From: a virus | Virus record (IMG/VR): IMGVR_UViG_3300020183_000015 | Span: 32,001 to 96,000 of that record | Length of the DNA: 64,000 nt | Direction: 5' to 3' (one strand) | Shown here: piece after piece, positions 1-9,366 of the stretch | Layout: the number at the start of each line of letters is the position of its first letter | Position numbering within the stretch: the stretch's first letter is position 1 | Notes under the pieces: generated by a model | Databases searched by the model: none | Told to the model about the DNA's origin: nothing | What the model saw: only the letters and a program-made list of their open reading frames with translations | Program-made: the position numbers and the translations under genes

Positions 1-2751
1 ATCTCTTAAATGAAACTCAGTAACTATTTTTGGTACAGTTTTTAAAAACTCAATGTTTGATGGTTGAAAAACATCATACTCACCTCCCTCACAATCACAT
101 TTCAAAAAATCGATTTTTTCAATGTTATTGTCATCTAAGAATTCTTTAAAACTAAATGTTGGTACACTTTCAGAAATGTTGTCCCAACTGATTTCTATTT
201 TCTTTTTATCTGTAATTGCCCCTTGAATTATTTTTACATTTTCTCGACCAACATTTTTTTTCAATACCTCAACTTGATATGATAAAGGTTCCACAACAAA
301 ACATTGTTTAGGATTTTTTGGTAATATTGAATATGTAAACGGCCCTAAAGAAGCCCCCAAATCTACAACAACATCCCCCTCCTCAACCTGAAAAATTCTT
401 TCATAGATATTACCCTCAAATATTTCTTTGGTTACGGCATTTACATACCATTCACTTTTCTTTCCCCAATCAAATGAATGGTCGTTAAAATTTTTGTTCA
501 TTAATTTTTTATTTATTATTTTGTTTATTTCAAAAATAACCATTTCGGATGTTATTTGTTTTGTACATTCAAACATCCTTTCAGTTTCTTTATGTAATGG
601 ACACCAATTCCAGTCACCCGCGTCTAATCTTTCTTTATTGAAACATCCATGACAGACGTTTTCATTTATTACCCGATAAGTGTCCAAAGTAGTTTCTGTC
701 CATTTTTCACTAAAACCTGAAATCAAAACAATTGGTAGTTCGCAAGCCCATGCTAACCATGACAACCCTGACCCAAGACCAACAAAAAATTCACAAGTTG
801 ACAGATCGTCAATAACTTCTTGTAAATCACCTCCTTTGAATATTTTTACACCTTTTGGGTAATTGTTATTCATGTAACTATCTCCTTCTCTTGAGTAAAT
901 CATACATTCATATCCTTGTAATGTGAGATAATCAACAACTTCTTGCCAACCATTTGGGTTGTTCCAATATTTTGCCTGTGCCGTTGAGTGAAATCCAATA
1001 CCAACCTTTTTTTGTTTTTTTACTTTTGGTAAATTTAATTTGGGTCTAATTTCTGTATAATCTAATCCTAAGATGTCACTAGCTGTTTTTTGAAGTGGGT
1101 GACTTTTAACATCGAATTTGTGATTATTTAAATTAATTTCCCCGTCGTCTTTATAAAACCACCCTAATTTGTATTGTGCATAAACGTTATAAACAAGTTC
1201 ACCAGGTTCTACAAATTCAATATCGGGGTATTGATCTTCAAACAAGAAGTTCATAAATGTAGAAACTATTAGTTCACAGTCGTGTTTTTTTCTAAACTCC
1301 TCACAATATGGAAACCAAGCCATTGTATCACCCAATGATTTAGAACCAAATGAAATATAAACCCTACGACCTTTTAAATCTAAAGTGTTTTCATAAATCA
1401 ATTCATTGTTCTCTCTAATTTCAGTTTTCCATTTTGTGTAATATTCTCTATTAAGTTTTACCCAATGATTTATTTTTGATTTATTGTAATATATTAAATC
1501 TTCTCCATCAAAATATTTAATTTCAAAATCATTGTCACTTTCACCTAAGACTTCTAAAAATGGATTAACAACAAAATGTTGATTAATCACATAATCATTT
1601 TTTATTTTAAAATTTGAAACAAACGGTGACTCCATAACTTTATTATAGAAACTCAACAATTGAGTACCAAAATCTTTTTCTATTTTCAACTTGTAACTAT
1701 TAGTTTCTGAAATTAAATTTAATAAGTCGTTTTTAATTTGTTCGGGATTATTACTAGATATTGGATAAATGTAATTTGAAAACATATTCACATACTGAGG
1801 AAGATCTCTTGCTAATATCTTCAAACCATAATTTATTGATTCTCTAATAACTAAAGGATTACATTCCCAAGTAGAATTAAACATTAAAGCGTCAGACGCA
1901 ATCATAAATTTCTCAACGTCATTTCTTTCGCCCCAAACAGTTACATTACTTGGTAAACTATCCATTATAGGTTTCCAATAATCTTCAAAATTTGGCGCTT
2001 GATTTCCAATGAAATGAAAATGAATATCAGGATGAGAATTTTCTAAAAGTCTTGCAACCTCAACTCCTTCTTTTTGATTTTTACCTGATGTCCATAACCC
2101 AACATTTATTATGTGTGTTTTCATAGAGTCCAATCCCAATTCATTTCTTACCTCAATTTTTTTCAAAAGTGGAACTTTATGATCGTCATAAAATATTTCT
2201 AATTCATTCAGAATTGGTTTAACCTTATCTTCATATGGATAAATTATTAAATCTTTAGGTGATACCGTATTTTTAAATGAAACTTCGCCGTGGTAAGGTG
2301 TTACAAAACAATAATAATCAGGATTTAATCTTTTGTTGTTGTTACCATCAAACCAAATGTTATGACATGTCTCAACAATTTTATATGATCTTGAGTTATC
2401 ATAAAGTTCATTTAACAACTCAAAAGGTATTTTATTAAAACTCTCAAACGCCTCAGGTAATTCTTCTGAATGAACAATATCAATATTATTTTCTTTTATA
2501 ATTTTTATAAGATTATATTTTTTTTCGGTTTCTGTTGTACCACCCAACGAATAAAAATGATCTTTACCCAATAACTCTATGATTTTATTTCTTTGGACAA
2601 TGTATGTGTCACTAAATTGTGAATATTCGATCAAAAAAATCTCAATCTCATCTTTGTATTTTTGTAGTAATTCAATTCTTTTTAAAACAAATTGTGGCAT
2701 TCCACCAGTTGATAGGTGGGGTGTTAAGTATAACAATCTAATCTTTTTCAT
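1..2751 (-). CDS. Multidomain glycosyl/methyltransferase (partial, runs off left end, at least 917 aa): GT4-like + Aah/TibC-like O-heptosyltransferase + FkbM methyltransferase
   Basis: Absent from the ORF track because no stop lies inside the window. Hand translation from ATG at 2751: MKKIRLLYLTPHLSTGGMPQF; GT4-type INVGLWTSGKNQ..FMIASDALMFNSTWECNPLVIRES; heptosyltransferase-type SKSLGDTMAWFPYCEEFRKKH..FHSTAQAKYWNNPNGW..FVGLGSGLSWLAWA..VCHGCFN..WCP..FECTK; FkbM-type VVVDLGASLGPF..VVEP..IDFLKCDCEGGEYD..TEFH. Confidence 0.85.
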   Translation of the reverse strand, partial: MKKIRLLYLTPHLSTGGMPQFVLKRIELLQKYKDEIEIFLIEYSQFSDTYIVQRNKIIELLGKDHFYSLGGTTETEKKYNLIKIIKENNIDIVHSEELPEAFESFNKIPFELLNELYDNSRSYKIVETCHNIWFDGNNNKRLNPDYYCFVTPYHGEVSFKNTVSPKDLIIYPYEDKVKPILNELEIFYDDHKVPLLKKIEVRNELGLDSMKTHIINVGLWTSGKNQKEGVEVARLLENSHPDIHFHFIGNQAPNFEDYWKPIMDSLPSNVTVWGERNDVEKFMIASDALMFNSTWECNPLVIRESINYGLKILARDLPQYVNMFSNYIYPISSNNPEQIKNDLLNLISETNSYKLKIEKDFGTQLLSFYNKVMESPFVSNFKIKNDYVINQHFVVNPFLEVLGESDNDFEIKYFDGEDLIYYNKSKINHWVKLNREYYTKWKTEIRENNELIYENTLDLKGRRVYISFGSKSLGDTMAWFPYCEEFRKKHDCELIVSTFMNFLFEDQYPDIEFVEPGELVYNVYAQYKLGWFYKDDGEINLNNHKFDVKSHPLQKTASDILGLDYTEIRPKLNLPKVKKQKKVGIGFHSTAQAKYWNNPNGWQEVVDYLTLQGYECMIYSREGDSYMNNNYPKGVKIFKGGDLQEVIDDLSTCEFFVGLGSGLSWLAWACELPIVLISGFSEKWTETTLDTYRVINENVCHGCFNKERLDAGDWNWCPLHKETERMFECTKQITSEMVIFEINKIINKKLMNKNFNDHSFDWGKKSEWYVNAVTKEIFEGNIYERIFQVEEGDVVVDLGASLGPFTYSILPKNPKQCFVVEPLSYQVEVLKKNVGRENVKIIQGAITDKKKIEISWDNISESVPTFSFKEFLDDNNIEKIDFLKCDCEGGEYDVFQPSNIEFLKTVPKIVTEFHLRD

Positions 2752-2806
2752 GGATAAAAAATAAGTTTATAGTTGGTAAACTAAAGTATTTATAGAATAA
2801 AGAAAA

Positions 2807-3808
2807 ATGCCAAATTCAATAAAATACTCTACAACAGGAGATACCCAATCAATAAAAAAGGGTAATTTATATTTTGGTGTTGGGGATGTTCCAAAAGGGC
2901 CAAGTGCCGACACCAACTATTACAATGGTATTACTCCTGCAACTAATGGGTATACTGTTTATAGATATGAACCAACTGAAAATAGTAAATTGGCATTTTA
3001 TATCAACCCAACATGATCTGATTTGGTGACGTACACAAACAATTTTTTAAATCAAGATTTCTCAACGGCAACTGAATGTGTTAATTAGTTTAACACTCAA
3101 ACTAATTACGTATGTGTCAACAAAGATTATGACCCAATTATAACTTCAGGTTTGACTCTTTGTTTAGATGCTTCATTTACACCATCATATTTTACATCAG
3201 GGAATACATGTTACGATTTATCATATAATTCTTTATCCACAACATTAGTCAATGGGCCAACTTTTGATTCGGCTAATGGGGGATCTTTGTTGTTTGATGG
3301 TACTAATGATCAATGTGTTGTTACCTCAAATGGTTTTGGGACATTCAATAATCAAAAATACACAATAGAAGCTTGAGTAAAATTCACAAGTAATAGTGGT
3401 GACATCCCAATCTTTAGTTATGACTTCACAAGTTTTAACCCACCATATTACTCAGTACACCTTAGAAACACAGGAACAGGTCAGATTTTTTTGGGTTGGA
3501 ATATGGGTGGATTTGGTTCGAGTATTCAAACAGGAGGTACCGTAATTACTGCAGGTAATTGGTATTATGTTGTCGGTGTAGTTGAAAGTGGTAGACAACA
3601 AATTTATGTAAACAACGGTTTGTATGCTTTCGGATCTCAAACAGGGACAATAACTTATTATAACACCCCAGTATATGTTGGTTATTTCCCAAACGCACCT
3701 TTGGTTATGTATGGAAACATTGCGGTGGTTAGAGTTTATAATAGAGCATTTTTATCATCTGAAGTGGCACAAAATTGGAATGCACAAAAATCAAGGTTTG
3801 GATATTAA
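2807..3808 (+). pseudogene. LamG/concanavalin-A-like lectin-domain virion protein gene interrupted by three in-frame stops (pseudogene, or readthrough)
   Basis: Track ORFs 2807-3016, 3152-3376 and 3491-3808 share one frame. Reading through TGA 3014, TAG 3086 and TGA 3374 gives one 333-codon protein with LamG hallmarks (GLTLCLDA, GGSLLFDGTND, YTIEA*VK, WYYVVGV, IYVN, GNIAVVRVYNRAFLSSEVAQNWNA). Confidence 0.8.
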
Positions 3809-3850
3809 AAAAGATAGATTTTATACCATTTTGATTTATATTTTTTTATA

Positions 3851-4783
3851 ATGAAAAATATTTGTATTGATGTTACGGGTTGTAGAGCTTTGGGAGATAC
3901 TTTATGCGTTACACCAGTTGTTAGAAAAATATGTCAAACTTATGATAAAAAAGTCACGGTAATATCTCACCACCCTGAATTATTCTCCAACTCTCCTTAT
4001 GTTGAAAACAGCTTCGGGTATGACACAACTATATTGAATTGGCTAAAAGACAATTGCGAAGTTCTTTCAACTTTTGATGTTTCATACAAAGAAAATGGTG
4101 TTTGTAACAAACATAATGTTATGGACATCAGACAACTTCACGCAATAAATTTAGGATTCATGTTAACAAAACATGAAATGACCTTAGATTATTTCCCGAA
4201 AGATGTGATACTTCTAGATCTACCAAAAAAATATGTTTTAATACATCCTGTACAAAATTGGAACTCAAGAACTTGGTCTACCAAAAATTGGCAAATATTA
4301 ACCCAACTTTTAAATGAAAAAGGAATTCATGTTATTTCTATTGGAAAAGATTCTTCTGAGTTAGGAGGGTCAAATGTTGATAAACCAGTTTTCAACTTCC
4401 CAATTAAACTCGGATATAACTTAATGAATCAAACTACTTTGGATCAAACTTGGCACCTCATAAATAATTCGTCTTGTTTTGTTACCATGGATTCAGGTCT
4501 TTTACATTTAGCAGGAACAACTGACTGTGAAATATTACAATTAGGTAGCTCAATAAATCCTGAGTTTAGGTCACCATATCGAAACGGATCTCAAGAATAC
4601 AAATATCGTTACGTAATAGGTGGGTGTCAACTACATTGCGCTTCTGACATGAAGTACGGAGTTAGAGAATGGGGTTCCATTCAAGGGGTGCCTTCATTGG
4701 TTGATTGTTTAGAAAAAAAAGAATCGTTCGAGTGTCATCCTCAAGTAATACAAGTTTATAAAAAAATATTAGAGATAATTTAA
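3851..4783 (+). CDS. GT9-like (heptosyltransferase-type, GT-B) glycosyltransferase
   Basis: ALGDTLCVTPVVRKI, IHP..SRTWS..NWQ.L, FVTMDSGLLHLAGT motifs; C-terminal Cys cluster C..HC..C..FECHP. Confidence 0.8.
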   Translation: MKNICIDVTGCRALGDTLCVTPVVRKICQTYDKKVTVISHHPELFSNSPYVENSFGYDTTILNWLKDNCEVLSTFDVSYKENGVCNKHNVMDIRQLHAINLGFMLTKHEMTLDYFPKDVILLDLPKKYVLIHPVQNWNSRTWSTKNWQILTQLLNEKGIHVISIGKDSSELGGSNVDKPVFNFPIKLGYNLMNQTTLDQTWHLINNSSCFVTMDSGLLHLAGTTDCEILQLGSSINPEFRSPYRNGSQEYKYRYVIGGCQLHCASDMKYGVREWGSIQGVPSLVDCLEKKESFECHPQVIQVYKKILEII

Positions 4784-4825
4784 TAAGGACCAAATTACTT
4801 TACAAAGTATTTATTGTAAAGTTGT

Positions 4826-6967
4826 ATGGATTGTTCCGCATTAATTATTGAAAGTGTTAATTACGATGGTGAGTTGGCTAATATTATATTTACGCCAGAC
4901 AATGAAGATATCTCAATAAATTTAGGAGATGTTGTGTTACCCTTTTTATTTGAGCCTTGTAATCTTGTACCTCCAAGAGAAAGATTCGGATTCTATACAA
5001 TTTTGACATATAACCCAAGATGTACAAACTTCCTTAGAGTACCAAGAACAACCCCAACACCTACACCGACACCAACACCGACTCATACTCAGACACCAAC
5101 CCCTACACCAACAATGACCCCTACACCTACGTTTGATCCTTGTTTGGTACCAACACCCACACCAACAGTTACTGTTACTGCAACAATAACCCCAACTCCT
5201 ACACCAACCCCAACAGAAACTTGTACAAACCCTTGTGGGTGTCCAAACCCATCACAAACACCCGTACCAACAAATTCACCTTTACCTCCACCTCCACCAC
5301 CTACATGTACAAACCCTTGTGGGTGTACTTTAACCCCAACGGTAACACCAACTCATACACCAACTCCCACACCAACTAACACACCAACTCCCACACCAAC
5401 CCCAACAGAAACAACTGACGCTGCCTCTCTATGTGTACCATTATTTTTAGACAGAGACAATGCAACATCATCATCAAATTTATATTCTTATAACCCAACA
5501 ACAAATATCACAACTTCGCTAGCACTACCTTTGTCTTCAGGATTTTTTGGTTTAATAATGGCTCAAACATCTAATAAATTGTGGATTTGTGAAAATTCAA
5601 CTTACACAATTCGAGAATGGGACATAACAATTAACCCTTGGTCGGCAGTTTTTTCAAGAGACATTACATCACCTAGCGGGGTTCCAAGTTTGGGGGCCTT
5701 GGCAGGGGCTCTTTGTGTTTATAGAGATCCGATAACAAACATTGTAAATCCAAATCTTTTAGTATCCATGGGATTCCGTAGTGGCGGTGGTTTTGAACTT
5801 GTTTTAGTTGATATAAGTGGATCTGTATGGAGTAAAATACCAATATTCAATTTAACAACGTTGAGTGCCGATAGACAAGTAAGTGCTATTGTTATGAATA
5901 CTAATTCTAAAATGATAACATTAAATTTTGATACAACTTTATCTCAAAAATATGTAACTCAATTTAAATATGTTTCGGGTTCTTGGCAAGTGGATATTGA
6001 CATATTGATTCCAGTACCAACTTTAATTCATTCATTATTTCAATGGAATAATGATTTTTATATTGGTTCATATACCCCTTTAGGTTTTGGGGCTCTTAAT
6101 TTAATACAAACTTCACAACCATATACTACCACATTTCTTGGAAATCTTTTACAATCTGAAACAATAGAGTCTTCTCAAATACCCGGTTGTGTAACATTGG
6201 AGTTTGATCCAGTTCAATTAAGTTGTGCGGTTTACAGTAGAGGTATTAATGGTTACATTGAAACTTACGATTTAATCAACAACACTTTAACACAAGTTAC
6301 ATTACCAAATGATAGTTTTAGTAATTTTCCTATAACACATACATCTACTAAATTGTGGAAAGCCGATCAGGCCAATAAACTAATAAATGAATGGACGACA
6401 TCAACTCCGGCTTCTATGTCATTTGTAAGAACAATAACGGTTACGGCAACCTTACCAGGAAATGGTTGGTTATGGCCTATGGGATCAATTACAGACACAA
6501 GATTAATTATGTTTACAACAAATTTAGTTAATAGTATAAATGTAATTGAGATGGATATCACATTCAATACCGTCACAAACTCAGAAATTACACAATTGTT
6601 TCAAGTACAAGCACTTAATTTAGGTGAGTCAATAATGTATACCTCGAACAATAAAATCATATTAATGGCAAGAAAAAACTCGGCCCCTTATACGGATTTA
6701 TATTTTATACAACAATATTCATACCCTAACGGTGTTTTGGAATTCGACATAAGTACTTTACCTCTCGGAGTTCCAAGTATATCGAGATATTATTCTTTAT
6801 TTGAAGAATCTAATCGAATTTATATTGTTAGAATGGACTCAACAGGGACTTCTATTTTCTTGGTTGGTTTAACTCCGCCTCACACATTTACACCTGTTTG
6901 GTCATCAACAAGTACAAATTACGGAGTTTGGTCAGCATCAAGAACATGTAACACAGTTAATTTTTAA
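4826..6967 (+). CDS. Probable virion surface protein with mucin-like Thr-Pro repeats and two repeated beta-rich domains
   Basis: Long (TP)n tracts and two CTNPCGC motifs, followed by two similar segments (TSNKLW..IREW..FSRDIT and TSTKLW..INEW..FVRTIT). TATTTAT motif upstream. Confidence 0.55.
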   Translation: MDCSALIIESVNYDGELANIIFTPDNEDISINLGDVVLPFLFEPCNLVPPRERFGFYTILTYNPRCTNFLRVPRTTPTPTPTPTPTHTQTPTPTPTMTPTPTFDPCLVPTPTPTVTVTATITPTPTPTPTETCTNPCGCPNPSQTPVPTNSPLPPPPPPTCTNPCGCTLTPTVTPTHTPTPTPTNTPTPTPTPTETTDAASLCVPLFLDRDNATSSSNLYSYNPTTNITTSLALPLSSGFFGLIMAQTSNKLWICENSTYTIREWDITINPWSAVFSRDITSPSGVPSLGALAGALCVYRDPITNIVNPNLLVSMGFRSGGGFELVLVDISGSVWSKIPIFNLTTLSADRQVSAIVMNTNSKMITLNFDTTLSQKYVTQFKYVSGSWQVDIDILIPVPTLIHSLFQWNNDFYIGSYTPLGFGALNLIQTSQPYTTTFLGNLLQSETIESSQIPGCVTLEFDPVQLSCAVYSRGINGYIETYDLINNTLTQVTLPNDSFSNFPITHTSTKLWKADQANKLINEWTTSTPASMSFVRTITVTATLPGNGWLWPMGSITDTRLIMFTTNLVNSINVIEMDITFNTVTNSEITQLFQVQALNLGESIMYTSNNKIILMARKNSAPYTDLYFIQQYSYPNGVLEFDISTLPLGVPSISRYYSLFEESNRIYIVRMDSTGTSIFLVGLTPPHTFTPVWSSTSTNYGVWSASRTCNTVNF
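5048..5415 (+). repeat. Thr-Pro coding tandem repeat, including an exact 21-nt duplication (TGTACAAACCCTTGTGGGTGT at 5222 and 5306)
   Basis: ACN-CCN hexamer array read directly from the sequence. Confidence 0.9.
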
Positions 6968-6970
6968 AAA

Positions 6971-7267
6971 ATGCCACAAATACAACTATCAGGAATAACA
7001 GGATGCTCACCTTACAATATTATAGTTTGTGATGTTACATATTCTTTGTGTATTTTGGTTTATTCTTCAATCACACTACCTCCTTTAATTTCATTTGTAC
7101 CACCACCACCACTTGATGTTGCCGAGAGTATTATTTTGGAAATACAAGATTCCTGTGGGTGTTCATCTTTTGTTGTACTAGAATGTCCTGACAAAGCAAA
7201 ACTATTCCAAGACAGTACAATTTTATTGATGATGGATGGTGATGTCTATCTATTTCAGAATCAATAA
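6971..7267 (+). CDS. Small Cys-rich hypothetical protein, probably structural
   Basis: 98-aa ORF packed tightly between neighbours; GCSPYNIIVCD..IQDSCGC. Confidence 0.55.
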   Translation: MPQIQLSGITGCSPYNIIVCDVTYSLCILVYSSITLPPLISFVPPPPLDVAESIILEIQDSCGCSSFVVLECPDKAKLFQDSTILLMMDGDVYLFQNQ

Positions 7268-7282
7268 TATTTATAAAATAAA

Positions 7283-9274
7283 ATGCCAAACTACGCTTTT
7301 CTTACGGATCAATTACCAGCACCTCCTTTGACATCAACGGATTTAATTCACGTTGTAATACCAACTGACTTGTCTCAAGGTAACCCTGCTGGTTCGTCCT
7401 ACAAGGCAACTTTGGCACAAGTTGCTACGGCAATTGGTAGTGGGACATCAGGTACATCAGGGACATCAGGTACATCGGGAGCGAATGGAACTTCAGGTAC
7501 AAATGGTACGTCAGGTATCAATGGAACTTCAGGTACAAATGGTACAAATGGAACTTCAGGTGCTAGTGGAACATCGGGTACTAACGGAACTAACGGTTCT
7601 TCAGGTACTTCGGGAACCAACGGTTCTTCAGGTGTGAATGGAACGTCGGGTACAAATGGAACTTCAGGCGTAAATGGTACTTCAGGTACAAATGGAACTT
7701 CAGGCGTAAATGGAACGTCGGGTACAAATGGAACAAATGGGACTTCGGGTACAAATGGAACAAATGGGACGAGCGGAACCTCTGCATTGGGGACAAGTGG
7801 TACTAATGGAACTTCAGGTACTAACGGGACAAGTGGTGCTAATGGTACTTCAGGTACTAACGGGACAAGTGGTGCTAATGGGACTAGCGGTTCTAATGGA
7901 ACTTCAGGTACTGACGGAATTAATGGGACATCAGGTACTGACGGAATTAATGGGACATCAGGTACCAACGGTACTAATGGAAGTAGTGGGACATCAGCCG
8001 TAGGTACAAGTGGTACCGATGGAACATCAGGTATTAATGGAACTAGCGGTGTGAACGGTACTTCTGGTATCAACGGTACTAGTGGAATAAATGGAACATC
8101 AGGAACTAATGGTTTTGATGGGACTTCTGGAACAAATGGAACTTCAGGTACTGATGGAACTTCAGGTACTGATGGAACTTCGGGTGTAAATGGGACATCG
8201 GGTACAAACGGAACAAATGGGACATCGGGTACAAACGGAACTTCAGGTACAAATGGAACATCGGGTACAAACGGAACTTCAGGTACAAATGGAACAAATG
8301 GGACGAGCGGAACCTCTGCTTTGGGGACAAGTGGTACTAATGGAACTTCAGGTACTAATGGGACTGACGGGATTAATGGAACTTCGGGCACCAACGGTAC
8401 TAATGGAACATCAGGTATTAATGGGACTAGTGGTACAAACGGTACAAACGGTACTTCTGGTATCAACGGTTCTAGTGGAATAAATGGAACATCAGGAACT
8501 AATGGTTTTGATGGGACTTCTGGAACAAGTGGAACTGATGGGACTTCAGGTAAAGATGGATCCGCCGGTACTAACGGAACATCAGGTACTACACCATTAC
8601 CTTCTCAAGTAGATACGGTTACAAACAACAATGACCAAACATTTTTTCCTACATTTGTTGATTCCAATAACCCTACCGCTGTTCAAGAGTTTTTATACAC
8701 AGACGTTGGATTTACATATAATCCATCAACAAATACTTTACAGGTTGACGGCTATGTTCGAACAGGTAATGGTAGTGTTTCTTTACCAAGTTTTTCTTTT
8801 AGTTCGGACACCAATTTGGGTCTTTATAGAATAGCACAAGATACCGTTGGTGTAACAACGGGTGGTCTTAGAAGAATGTCTATTGATAATGTTGGTACTG
8901 TCAATTTGGGTGCGGGGGCTTCAGGTTCAATGAATTTTGATTTAGAGGGGGGGGTTACAACAACTAACGCAACACCAACTACTTTAGTTACAATAACAAC
9001 AAGTAATAATAGAAGATATACAGTCGAAGGTTGGGTAATTGGTGGGGCAATAAACCATACAATCGGTGGAAAAGTTTTAGGGGTTTTTGAACATGTAGGA
9101 GGTGTTTTAGCTGTTGTGGGAAGTCCAGTGACCACGTTGTTTGAAGATTTTCCTGGTCCCCCAACCTTTACCTTAGACACCAGCGGAACAACAATACGTT
9201 TAAGAGTTACAGGACAAGCGGGGACAAACATTTCTTGGTACGGTAAACTAGTTTATGTTATGTCGAAGGAGTAG
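7283..9274 (+). CDS. Fibre-like protein with a collagen-like Gly-Thr-Ser/Asn triplet repeat
   Basis: About 380 aa of G-X-Y triplets (GTS/GTN/GIN/GVN). The C-terminal part has a phage fibre-type motif GSVSLPSFSFSSDTNLGLYR. Confidence 0.7.
   Translation: MPNYAFLTDQLPAPPLTSTDLIHVVIPTDLSQGNPAGSSYKATLAQVATAIGSGTSGTSGTSGTSGANGTSGTNGTSGINGTSGTNGTNGTSGASGTSGTNGTNGSSGTSGTNGSSGVNGTSGTNGTSGVNGTSGTNGTSGVNGTSGTNGTNGTSGTNGTNGTSGTSALGTSGTNGTSGTNGTSGANGTSGTNGTSGANGTSGSNGTSGTDGINGTSGTDGINGTSGTNGTNGSSGTSAVGTSGTDGTSGINGTSGVNGTSGINGTSGINGTSGTNGFDGTSGTNGTSGTDGTSGTDGTSGVNGTSGTNGTNGTSGTNGTSGTNGTSGTNGTSGTNGTNGTSGTSALGTSGTNGTSGTNGTDGINGTSGTNGTNGTSGINGTSGTNGTNGTSGINGSSGINGTSGTNGFDGTSGTSGTDGTSGKDGSAGTNGTSGTTPLPSQVDTVTNNNDQTFFPTFVDSNNPTAVQEFLYTDVGFTYNPSTNTLQVDGYVRTGNGSVSLPSFSFSSDTNLGLYRIAQDTVGVTTGGLRRMSIDNVGTVNLGAGASGSMNFDLEGGVTTTNATPTTLVTITTSNNRRYTVEGWVIGGAINHTIGGKVLGVFEHVGGVLAVVGSPVTTLFEDFPGPPTFTLDTSGTTIRLRVTGQAGTNISWYGKLVYVMSKE
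7441..8590 (+). repeat. 9-nt-period Gly-X-Y repeat with recent internal duplications
   Basis: GGN-ACN-(TCN/AGY/AAY) array. 77-nt blocks 7748-7824 and 8282-8358, and 82-nt blocks 8054-8135 and 8447-8528, each pair differing at one base. Confidence 0.9.
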
Positions 9275-9330
9275 ACTCGGTGAACGTGTATTTTGTATCA
9301 TGTTTACCTGGATACCTCAGCTTAAAACAA

Positions 9331-9359
9331 TTTACATTTCTTGTATTTTACAATATTTT
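9331..9359 (+). promoter_or_regulatory. Possible sigma70-like promoter for the glycosyltransferase operon
   Basis: TTTACA (9331) -17 nt- TATTTT (9354), just upstream of ATG 9367. The region is AT-rich, so a chance match is possible. Confidence 0.35.
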
Positions 9360-9366
9360 TATTTTT

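Noticed and set aside
428-2764. Short plus-strand ORFs (428, 680, 2579), and likewise the short ORFs at 58423-60445
   Set aside because: They overlap the two long edge-truncated genes on the opposite strand or in other frames and have no recognisable motifs.
2807-3808. Diversity-generating retroelement target
   Set aside because: No reverse transcriptase or template repeat is seen in the window, and the inferred changes are at G positions rather than adenines.
7399-8466. 355-aa minus-strand VP-repeat ORF and other short ORFs over the repeat
   Set aside because: Antisense or alternate-frame shadows of the GGN-ACN repeat, which lacks stops by construction.
5048-8590. CRISPR-like or non-coding tandem arrays
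   Set aside because: The repeats are codon-periodic with third-position variation inside ORFs; there is no constant repeat with unique spacers.
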